A stretch of 64,000 bases of DNA from Candidatus Wirthbacteria bacterium. GTDB taxonomy: Bacteria; Patescibacteriota; CG2-30-54-11. The stretch is from positions 40,766 to 104,765 of the forward strand of contig CAISZI010000008.1 in assembly GCA_903889905.1 (NCBI GenBank), given 5' to 3'. Made by a program: the position numbers and the translations under genes. The notes beneath the pieces were generated by a model. That model was not told the origin of the DNA, did not search any database, and worked only from the letters and a program-made list of their open reading frames with translations. Positions 30,644-38,284 of this stretch are shown piece after piece (the stretch's first letter is position 1; each line of letters starts with the position of its first letter).

Positions 30644-31282
30644 ATGCGCAGACGGACACATCCAAAGGCTCAAATCCTGATCGAGGTCATCGTCGGCCTT
30701 GCCATGGTTTCTGTCGTGCTGGTTGCACTGATGTCGCTCAGCATTCACTCCCTGCAGGTACAAATCAGCAACAAGCTCAAACAACAGACTTCCCAACTCA
30801 ACCGCGAATCGATGGAAGTGGTGCGACAAATCCGCGACGGCCTGGGACAGGTCAAAGTGAGCGGCAGTGAATGCCCCTGGAACTGGTCCAATACCGCTGC
30901 CAGCAGCGACCCGTGCCAAACGATTTGGGTCAGCAATGACTGGACATACTTTCGGCTGTATTATGAAACCAATAATGGTGCGGCGCACTGGGTTCTGGAA
31001 GCCATGACCAACGCGGCCTGCAATAACGACGTCACCAATCCCAAAGCCGATTGCTACAAACTGAGTTACAATAAAAACACCAACCAATTTGGCTACAAAA
31101 ACGTCGGGGGATTTACGGCCACAACGGATAGTATTTTTTATCGCCAGATCCGGTTGCGGGACCGCACGGCATCCGGCAACAACGGTGTCGTTCTGTCCAA
31201 AACACTGTATTCCATCCTCAGCTGGCGTCAGGCCTCGACCAACCAGAAAAGTGAAGTTTATACTGTATTATCGATGTGGTAA
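30644..31282 (+). CDS. minor pilin (PilV-like)
   Basis: AQILIEVIVGL prepilin-like N-terminus within the pilus operon. Confidence 0.7.
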   Translation: MRRRTHPKAQILIEVIVGLAMVSVVLVALMSLSIHSLQVQISNKLKQQTSQLNRESMEVVRQIRDGLGQVKVSGSECPWNWSNTAASSDPCQTIWVSNDWTYFRLYYETNNGAAHWVLEAMTNAACNNDVTNPKADCYKLSYNKNTNQFGYKNVGGFTATTDSIFYRQIRLRDRTASGNNGVVLSKTLYSILSWRQASTNQKSEVYTVLSMW

Positions 31283-31825
31283 ATGAAAAACCATCAACAT
31301 CATGGCATGTCGGTGATTGAAGCGCTGGTTGCCATCACGATTTTTTCGTTCATGACCATGATCGCCATGTCCGTGCTGACCACCATCAGCCGCAGCCAGA
31401 AAAAAACCACCATTGCCAACGACGTTTACGGTTCCGCACAGGAGATGATGGACAACATCGTACAGATCACCAAACAATCCAACGACACTCTCACCAGCGT
31501 CGGTCCGCAGGGCAACCAGCAAGCTTGTGTCAACTCGTGCCTGGCGCTGCTTCAACCCGACGGTTCCACGGTAATTTTTACATTGGTCAACAAACAATTA
31601 TTAATGCTCAAAAGTGACCTCAACGACCCCAGCCCGACACGGCTGAGTTCCCCCAATGTCAATGTCGACAACCTGACGTTTACCATCAACCGGCCGGCCA
31701 TCAATCCTCCCCCACCGTCGGTCAGCATTGGACTCGATGTCTCGGCGATTACCAGCGATCCCAAACACCCGCAACTTTCTGCGAGTACGCATTTACAAAA
31801 TGTTATCGTGCTGCGTAATTACTAA
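31283..31825 (+). CDS. minor pilin (PilW/GspJ-like)
   Basis: GMSVIEALVAITI; RLSSPNVNVDNLTF; ends VLRNY. Confidence 0.75.
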   Translation: MKNHQHHGMSVIEALVAITIFSFMTMIAMSVLTTISRSQKKTTIANDVYGSAQEMMDNIVQITKQSNDTLTSVGPQGNQQACVNSCLALLQPDGSTVIFTLVNKQLLMLKSDLNDPSPTRLSSPNVNVDNLTFTINRPAINPPPPSVSIGLDVSAITSDPKHPQLSASTHLQNVIVLRNY

Positions 31826-31839
31826 ATAGACTGCCCAAG

Positions 31840-33150
31840 ATGCCCCCAAAAACAAAAACCAATACGTCTGTCGCTCCCACCTTCAAAACCGGCCAGCTGC
31901 ATCGCGAGGCGCTGCTGCCTCCACTTTCACACATGATCCTGTTTGGTGCTGTGGTGATGCTGGGCTTGGCACTGATCTACAGTTTGCTGCGCCTCAGTGA
32001 TGCCAGCGCTGCGGATGAGATCGCCGTTCAAACCAATCTGGAACAGGAAGTGGAACTGTTGCGCGGCAGTCGTACCGTACTGCGTGACCAACAATTAGCC
32101 ACCACGGCTGCCCGCCAGGACATGCTGGACCAACTCAACGCGATGGGCGCGGCGCTTACGGCTGAAGCATCCAAAGATGCCAATAGTCAATTGGCCAAAA
32201 TCAACGCCGTCTATGACCAGATGGCGGCGATAGACCTGAAGGCACAGGCTGATGGCAAACTCGGGGTCAATCTGGACGAATACAATAAAGCCATACAGGA
32301 CTGGAAAAACAAACTATTTGCCCGTGACTATGCCGGCATTACAGCTGGCATCGCCGATCAAAACACTAAACTCGACGCGGCACTTACAGTCCTCCAAAAA
32401 CAACAGCAGATTGCGCAACAAGCAGCACCCCCCAAAGCCGCGGCCGCTGCCAAAAAAGCAACCGTGTCCAAACCCAGCGGCACCACAGTGAATACGTCAG
32501 CCGGAACTTTTCGCTATGTCAAAATCACAGCCCCGATCGGGACGCGTGTCTTGACACTGACTGCCGCCACTGATGACTGCACCAACAATTGCCCGGCCAA
32601 ATCGCTCGCCGATTATGTCACGAGCGTGGGAGGTTTTGCCGGTATGAACGGGTCGTATTTCTGCCCGCCGGATTACAGTTTTTGCAACACTCAGCTCAAT
32701 GTTTTCTGGTCCTCGGTTTACAATAGCTCCCTCAGCCAGTGGATCTACTGGGACAAACGCAGCTGGAATGACCGCGCTGGCATCACTTTTAGCGGGACAA
32801 CCCCATCGTTTCATGCAACCGGCGCATCGGTGCCTGCCAGTGTCACCGCAGGGATCATGAATTATCCGGCATTGCTGGACAATGGCAACATCGCCGTCGA
32901 CGTCGCTACGCTCGACACCAAACAAAAAAGCAAGGGCACACGCGGGGCATTTGGATTTAATGGCTCAACCCTGTTCCTGGTCACCATGTACAACGCATCC
33001 GTCACGGACGAAGCCTATATCATGCAGGCGCTGGGTGCCACCAATGCCATCAACCTCGATGGCGGCGGGTCGTCAGCCATGTACCAAAACGGACATTACA
33101 TCGTCGGACCAGGAAGATTACTACCCAATGCAATTGTCTTTGCGAATTAG
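31840..33150 (+). CDS. membrane-anchored coiled-coil protein with phosphodiester glycosidase (NAGPA-like) domain
   Basis: TM, coiled coil, GMNGSYF, AINLDGGGSS, LPNAI. Confidence 0.85.
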   Translation: MPPKTKTNTSVAPTFKTGQLHREALLPPLSHMILFGAVVMLGLALIYSLLRLSDASAADEIAVQTNLEQEVELLRGSRTVLRDQQLATTAARQDMLDQLNAMGAALTAEASKDANSQLAKINAVYDQMAAIDLKAQADGKLGVNLDEYNKAIQDWKNKLFARDYAGITAGIADQNTKLDAALTVLQKQQQIAQQAAPPKAAAAAKKATVSKPSGTTVNTSAGTFRYVKITAPIGTRVLTLTAATDDCTNNCPAKSLADYVTSVGGFAGMNGSYFCPPDYSFCNTQLNVFWSSVYNSSLSQWIYWDKRSWNDRAGITFSGTTPSFHATGASVPASVTAGIMNYPALLDNGNIAVDVATLDTKQKSKGTRGAFGFNGSTLFLVTMYNASVTDEAYIMQALGATNAINLDGGGSSAMYQNGHYIVGPGRLLPNAIVFAN

Positions 33151-33163
33151 ATTTCGATAACTT

Positions 33164-33237
33164 CTCCCCCCCCCAGCGGGGGAGGATTAAAGGAGAGGGG
33201 ATTCCCTCTCTCTAGCTCTCCCCCAGCGGGGGAGAGG
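33164..33237. repeat. pair of GC-rich palindromic repeats
   Basis: ctccccc(c)-cagc-ggggga(g) twice, in opposite orientation. Confidence 0.7.
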
Positions 33238-33311
33238 AAATGAGGGTTGGCCATTTCCCACGCATCTGCTAGAATCCTTCTGTTGAAGCCCATATCACGG
33301 AAGGAATTTCC

Positions 33312-34067
33312 ATGTCCGGTCACAACAAGTGGTCCAAGATCAAGAACAAAAAAGCCGTCACCGACGCCCAGAAAAACTCGGCTTTTACCAAAGCATTGAA
33401 ACTCATTCACAGCACGGTCAAAGCCGGTGGTCCCAATCCCGAGACCAATTTCAAGCTCAAAATGGCCATGGACAGCGCCAAACAAAGCGGCGTGCCGATT
33501 ACCACGATTGAAAATGGCATCAAAAAAGCCAGTGGCGCCGGTGCTGATGCGACGGTCATGGAAGACATCACCTATGAAGGCTATGGCCCGGGCGGCGTCG
33601 CCGTACTGATCCACGTTACCACCGACAACCGCAACCGCTCGGTCTCGGAAATCCGCCACAGTTTCAACAAACACAACGGCAGTTTGGGTGAAAACGGTTG
33701 CGTGGGATGGATGTTTGAACAAAAAGGCGCGATTTATGTCGCGGCTCCCAAGGCAACCCAGGAAGAGCTGATGCTGAAAGTGATGGAACTGCCCGTCGAA
33801 GACATAGAACAGGACGATGCAGGCATGACGATTTATACGCTGGCTGAAAATCTACATACCGTCAAAATAGGCTTGGAAACGGCTAAAATCATCCCCGAAA
33901 ACCCAGAACTGATCATGAAACCCAAAAACACGGTCAAAGTGGAAGATCCAGCCATCGCCAAACAAGTCGTGGCACTGCTCAGCGACATGGAAGACCACGA
34001 AGACGTCCAGGGCGTTTACGCCAACGCCGACTTCCCCGACAGTGTCCTGGCCAATTTGGAAGAATAG
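33312..34067 (+). CDS. yebC: YebC/PmpR family protein
   Basis: MSGHNKWSKIK, YEGYGPGGVA, TDNRNR, DHEDVQGVYAN. Confidence 0.96.
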   Translation: MSGHNKWSKIKNKKAVTDAQKNSAFTKALKLIHSTVKAGGPNPETNFKLKMAMDSAKQSGVPITTIENGIKKASGAGADATVMEDITYEGYGPGGVAVLIHVTTDNRNRSVSEIRHSFNKHNGSLGENGCVGWMFEQKGAIYVAAPKATQEELMLKVMELPVEDIEQDDAGMTIYTLAENLHTVKIGLETAKIIPENPELIMKPKNTVKVEDPAIAKQVVALLSDMEDHEDVQGVYANADFPDSVLANLEE

Positions 34068-34157
34068 CTTTCTCGTCCCATTAATAAAATCCTAGACAAA
34101 TTCTCCCTGAACCCATACAATATCCAAGCGTTGTTTGCAGCCCTTTAATAATCCTCT

Positions 34158-34245
34158 CAATCCGTCCAATTTGCGCAGGACCGCTCCAAGCAAATTGGAC
34201 ACCGATTCGTTCTTTTGCCTACTTTTCTTACTCAAAGAAAAGTAG
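34158..34245 (+). repeat. ~88-bp two-hairpin element upstream of a tRNA, copy 1
   Basis: gtccaatttgc/gcaaattggac and ctacttttct/agaaaagtag stems; recurs at 34439 and 35012. Confidence 0.9.
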
Positions 34246-34251
34246 ATTCTC

Positions 34252-34338
34252 GCCGAAGTGGTGAAATTGGTAGACACGCAACGTTCAGGGCGTTGTGAGC
34301 TCACGCTCATGAGAGTTCAACTCTCTCCTTCGGCACCA
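34252..34338 (+). tRNA. tRNA-Leu(CAG)
   Basis: GCCGAAG/CTTCGGC acceptor stem, caacg-ttCAGgg-cgttg, long variable arm, CCA. Confidence 0.95.
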
Positions 34339-34392
34339 ACCTACGCTCGGGATAGCCGTCTAAGAAGCGGCGAGCTACGGTTGGCTGCGCCA
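34336..34392 (+). repeat. CCTACGCT..AGCTACGG hairpin element overlapping the tRNA CCA end
   Basis: ccaacc-tac-gct...agc-tac-ggttgg. Confidence 0.8.
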
Positions 34393-34438
34393 GGCTACAA
34401 AAGGTACGCAGCCATTTATGAACATTAAAACTCCCCAT

Positions 34439-34523
34439 CAATCCGTCCAATTTGTGCAGGACCGCTCCAAGCAAATTGGACACCGATTCGTTTTTTGCCT
34501 ACTTTTTTACTCAAAAAAAGTAG
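34439..34523 (+). repeat. two-hairpin element upstream of a tRNA, copy 2
   Basis: Near-identical to 34158-34245. Confidence 0.9.
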
Positions 34524-34532
34524 AAAGTCTTT

Positions 34533-34618
34533 GCCGAGGTGGTGAAATGGTAGACACGCAAGCTTGAGGGGCTTGTGGGAGCAATCCTGTGGAGGTTCAA
34601 GTCCTCTCCTCGGCACCA
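34533..34618 (+). tRNA. tRNA-Leu(GAG)
   Basis: GCCGAGG/CCTCGGC, caagc-ttGAGgg-gcttg, variable arm, CCA. Confidence 0.96.
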
Positions 34619-34652
34619 ACCTTCGCTCGCAGCGAGCTGCGGTTGGCAGGCC
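34616..34652 (+). repeat. CCTTCGCT..AGCTGCGG hairpin element overlapping the tRNA CCA end
   Basis: ccaaccttcgctcgcagcgagctgcggttggcaggcc. Confidence 0.8.
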
Positions 34653-34732
34653 ATCACCCAATTGATGGCTTCGCCAGCTTAATGAACTTATAGCGTACAA
34701 CTGTTAAACCAACACGCAGTTGAGCCAAAGAG

Positions 34733-34793
34733 GGCCTGCCCTCCGAAGCTTGTCAGGTTACGAGTAACCTGACTTCCCGAAGCGTAGGAGGGC
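34733..34793 (-). repeat. same hairpin family, inverted, overlapping the tRNA-Val 5' end
   Basis: ggcctgccctccgaagct...agcgtaggagggc. Confidence 0.8.
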
Positions 34794-34866
34794 GATTAGC
34801 TCAGTTGGTTAGAGCGTCTGCCTTACACGCAGAATGTCGCAGGTTCGAGTCCTGCATCGCCCACCA
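34790..34866 (+). tRNA. tRNA-Val(TAC)
   Basis: GGGCGAT/ATCGCCC, tctgc-ctTACac-gcaga, GTTCGA, CCA. Confidence 0.97.
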
Positions 34867-34946
34867 GCCTACGCTGTAGGCATCCCCATCATAATCATAC
34901 GTAGTGGGTTACCCATATTTCCGCTTTCAGCTTCGGCTGGCAGGCC
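34864..34946 (+). repeat. same hairpin family overlapping the tRNA-Val CCA end, long loop
   Basis: ccagcctacgctg...cagcttcggctggcaggcc. Confidence 0.8.
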
Positions 34947-35011
34947 ATCTCTCCCCTCTTGGTTATGTGTTAGCTAACACATAACGGGATTGAACCTTAA
35001 AATCCTAATGT

Positions 35012-35098
35012 AATCCGTTCGTTTTGCGCAGGGCCGTCCCAAGCAAAACGAACACCGCTTCGTTCTTTTGCCAACTTTTCTTACTCAAAGAAAAGTTG
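35012..35098 (+). repeat. two-hairpin element upstream of a tRNA, copy 3 (compensatory changes)
   Basis: gttcgttttgc/gcaaaacgaac and caacttttct/agaaaagttg. Confidence 0.88.
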
Positions 35099-35105
35099 AA
35101 TCTCC

Positions 35106-35181
35106 GCCGAGATAGCTCAGCCGGTAGAGCGAAGGACTGAAAATCCTTGCGTCCCCAGTTCGATCCTGGGTCTCGGCACCA
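35106..35181 (+). tRNA. tRNA-Phe(GAA)
   Basis: GCCGAGA/TCTCGGC, aagga-ctGAAaa-tcctt, CCA. Confidence 0.97.
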
Positions 35182-35196
35182 CTTCGAAAATCCCCC

Positions 35197-35225
35197 TTGG
35201 CAACCAATTGCCATTTCGTTATACT
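35197..35225 (+). promoter_or_regulatory. probable sigma70 promoter for tRNA-Gly
   Basis: TTGGCA-17bp-TATACT. Confidence 0.55.
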
Positions 35226-35276
35226 TCTCTCCGTTGGTTTTGTGAAAATGGCACCACAAACGTTAGTTCCCAGGCG

Positions 35277-35305
35277 GGCCTGCCCGCCGTAGCTTCTGAG
35301 CGTAG

Positions 35306-35310
<5 letters not shown>
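35277..35310 (-). repeat. same hairpin family, inverted, overlapping the tRNA-Gly 5' end
   Basis: ggcctgcccgccgtagcttctgagcgtaggcggg. Confidence 0.8.
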
Positions 35311-35381
<71 letters not shown>

Positions 35382-35397
35382 GATTGCAATCATCACT

Positions 35398-35427
35398 AAA
35401 AGCCCCGATAATTGTCGGGGCTTTTTT
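35398..35427 (+). terminator. intrinsic terminator after tRNA-Gly
   Basis: aaaagccccga-taattg-tcggggctttttt. Confidence 0.85.
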
Positions 35428-35449
35428 GGTAAATCAGAAGGATTGGGCC

Positions 35450-36076
35450 ATGAAACTATACTTATCGTCTTTTCATCTCGGCAATCAACCCGATCAACTA
35501 GCCTGCCTTGTTGGCCCCAACAAACATGCAGCGGTCATTCTCAACGCCCAGGACCATCAAAATCCCATAAAACGCAATCAGGATCTGCAACGCGAGGTAA
35601 ATGATCTGACTTCCCTCGGTTTGGTGCCTGAAGAAATCGATCTGCGCCAATATTTTGGTCGTCACACAAATCTAGAGACACGGCTCAGTAATTTTGGCTT
35701 GATCTGGGTGCGCGGCGGCAATGTGTTTGTGCTGCGTCGGGCGATGCAGGCAAGCGGTTTTGACCAAATCCTGCTGTCCCTGGCCAAAAAGGATACGATT
35801 GTTTACGGCGGATTCAGTGCAGGCGTTTGCGTACTTGCCCCATCACTGCATGGACTGGAACTGGTCGACGACCCGGCCATTGTTCCTTCCGGCTATCCTG
35901 AAGCCATTTGTTGGGACGGGCTTGGATTGATTGAGTATGGCATTGCGCCACATTATCGTTCCAACCATCCGGAATCGCTTGCGGTGGAACAGGAAGTCGC
36001 CTATTTCGAGCATCACCAGATTCCCTACCGCACTCTGAGGGATGGTGAAGTGATCCTGACAAAAACAGGAGGCTAA
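35450..36076 (+). CDS. peptidase E / S51 family (type 1 glutamine amidotransferase-like)
   Basis: IWVRGGNVF, YGGFSAG, PHY. Confidence 0.9.
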   Translation: MKLYLSSFHLGNQPDQLACLVGPNKHAAVILNAQDHQNPIKRNQDLQREVNDLTSLGLVPEEIDLRQYFGRHTNLETRLSNFGLIWVRGGNVFVLRRAMQASGFDQILLSLAKKDTIVYGGFSAGVCVLAPSLHGLELVDDPAIVPSGYPEAICWDGLGLIEYGIAPHYRSNHPESLAVEQEVAYFEHHQIPYRTLRDGEVILTKTGG

Positions 36077-36712
36077 CTATGGTTTTGTTTTGGCGGCCTG
36101 CTGGCGTTCACGCAACAGGTGGACAACCGGTGGCAAGATCGAAAGCACAACAATCCCAATGATGATCGGGAGCAAATATTTGTCGATGTTAGGAATGGTC
36201 GTGCCCAGGAAATACCCCGCAACAGACACCCCCATGGCCCACAAAATACCGCCCACAACATTGTAGGTCACAAAGGTCTGGTACTGCATCTGGCCCACAC
36301 CAGCCACGATCGGAGTAAAGGTGCGGACAATGGGGATAAAACGCGCCAGCACGATGGTTTTGGAACCGTGTTTATCAAAAAAAGCCTGGGCTTTGAGCAC
36401 GTTTTTCTTCTGGAATAACAAGGAATCGTCGCGGTTAAAGAGACGGGGCCCAATGCGCCGCCCAAACATATACCCCACGCTATCGCCCAAAATCGCGGCA
36501 ACTGCCACCAGTGGCGCAAGCAGATAAATCGACAACAGTCCCTGCGCAGCCAGCAGTCCCGCAGTAAAAAGCAGGCTATCACCCGGCAGGAAAAAACCAA
36601 TCAGCAGGCCAGATTCGGCAAAAATGATGACAAAGACGCCAATGTAACCCACGGTTTTGATCAGATTTTCCAGGCCTGCGCCACTGAACATACTTAGAAT
36701 TTGATGCAGCAT
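36077..36712 (-). CDS. dedA: DedA (VTT/SNARE-associated) family membrane protein
   Basis: FAESGLLIGFFLPGDSLLFTAG, ARFIPIVRTF. Confidence 0.93.
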   Translation of the reverse strand: MLHQILSMFSGAGLENLIKTVGYIGVFVIIFAESGLLIGFFLPGDSLLFTAGLLAAQGLLSIYLLAPLVAVAAILGDSVGYMFGRRIGPRLFNRDDSLLFQKKNVLKAQAFFDKHGSKTIVLARFIPIVRTFTPIVAGVGQMQYQTFVTYNVVGGILWAMGVSVAGYFLGTTIPNIDKYLLPIIIGIVVLSILPPVVHLLRERQQAAKTKP

Positions 36713-36823
36713 AAAGCGATCCCGCCATCATGATTTGATCTCTATTCGACGGTCGGGATCATAACATAATGACATTATTCTGTCATATCAGGCCATGGAT
36801 GGCCTAAGCTGATGCGAAGCTAG

Positions 36824-37609
36824 CTATTTCCCCGTTGTCGTATCCTGGTAACCAACCACTTCATAGTGATGATAATTTGGCGACGGGCAGCTCGCGGAAG
36901 CGGAAGCAGAAGTTTGGGCCGCTAGTGACGTTAGTACCTTTCCACTGGCCGTATCTGCGATGCTTGCCTGCGACAGACAAATCGGATGATTGTTCAAATC
37001 AAATCCGACAAAAGTGACTGCGGGATTGGTGACCGGCGTCGAAAGCGGATTTAGAACCACTGCCGTAAATTCGGTCTGGTCTTTGGATGCATTGTGAATG
37101 ACCTGCACCTGGTTAACAGTGAGCGGTGCGACCGGCTGACGTGAAGCGGATGAAGCAAAGACAACCCAGGCCTTGGCCGGAGTTGTGCTACCCGTATAGC
37201 TGAATTCCACATAGGCTTTGGCCTTTGCCAAAAGTCGAGAAGGTCGCATCAATGCTTGCTGCGTTTGGATAATGTTGCCATTATTGTCGGAAAACGTACA
37301 GGTCGCGGTCGCCAAATCAATGGTCTTCTGACCGTTATTCGCAGCAATCGCAATCACGTGCATTGTCACCTGACCCGCGTCGCTGGAGGTAGTGGTGACG
37401 AATTTGTCGACAAAAGTGAGCGGATCGCTAACCGGCGCCGTTACAAGCGCTGAAACCGGTGCGGACAACTTCGTCTCTGGTACCAAGGGGCTGGAAGCAG
37501 GAACTGCAGCCGAGATGGATGAACTTTTCTTTTGGGTACAGGCTGATAACAGCACCAATCCCAGGCAAAAAGCGGTAAAAAGCAATTTGTTTTTGTTTGG
37601 TATTAGCAT
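36824..37609 (-). CDS. putative lipoprotein with two beta-sandwich-like domains
   Basis: Lipobox LLSAC after a hydrophobic stretch; Ser/Pro/Ala linker. Confidence 0.7.
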   Translation of the reverse strand: MLIPNKNKLLFTAFCLGLVLLSACTQKKSSSISAAVPASSPLVPETKLSAPVSALVTAPVSDPLTFVDKFVTTTSSDAGQVTMHVIAIAANNGQKTIDLATATCTFSDNNGNIIQTQQALMRPSRLLAKAKAYVEFSYTGSTTPAKAWVVFASSASRQPVAPLTVNQVQVIHNASKDQTEFTAVVLNPLSTPVTNPAVTFVGFDLNNHPICLSQASIADTASGKVLTSLAAQTSASASASCPSPNYHHYEVVGYQDTTTGK

Positions 37610-37624
37610 AAGTTGCGGGTTAAA

Positions 37625-38209
37625 TTAAAAAGTTTTAATCATTTCCAGATAATTGTTACCCTTATCCCCGGCTGGCAACTGGTCCAGTACCGGCGTTTTA
37701 TCACACAGGGTACCGTTGCGTTCGCCTACGTAATCGGGATACGACGACCATTTGTAGCTATTCAAGTATTCAAATTTGTCATGCGCGGTCAGAAACGCCG
37801 ACAGATTGGTTGGTTGCAGGTGGATATATACCGTCATGCCCAGGATTTCCTTGGGTGTGAGCTCTTTGGCCCGGAAAGGCCCCTCAAACAGTCGGCCACG
37901 CCGCTGCGCCTTACGGTTGAAGTACATGGAGTAGCCCGTCCCAAGCTGATGCATAAAATCCGTCAATCCCCCGTCATTTTCCTGACGCAGAAGCAAGTGA
38001 AATTCGCTATCGAGCAGAACATAAGCAATGAAACTGACGAGTGGCTGCGATACGGCATCCAGGTAATCTTTTTCCTTGGTATTGCGAAAGCGTCGCATGT
38101 ATTCCAAAAACCGTTTACGGTCATCGTCGTCCAAAAAAAGTGGCCGGTTTTCCACGCCACGGTTCATGATGTAGTAGTATTGGTGATTGCTGAATTCAGT
38201 ACGACGCAT
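37625..38209 (-). mobile_element. REP-associated tyrosine (Y1/HUH) transposase-like gene with a degenerate HUH motif
   Basis: NRGVENRPLF, YFNRK..R.GRLFEGPF, YIHLQP, YKWSSY; the expected NHFH reads SEFH. Confidence 0.8.
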
Positions 38210-38284
38210 AGCGGTATAGTAAAATAATAGGATGTTCCAGTCCTATTATTATACTTGAAATCGTTGATTCGCTCAAGGCTTAGC

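Noticed and set aside
34158-34245. T-box riboswitch upstream of the tRNAs
   Set aside because: No T-box consensus or specifier stem, and the element is too short
35250-35257. ggcaccac as an att-like copy of the tRNA-Phe 3' end
   Set aside because: An 8-bp match is compatible with chance
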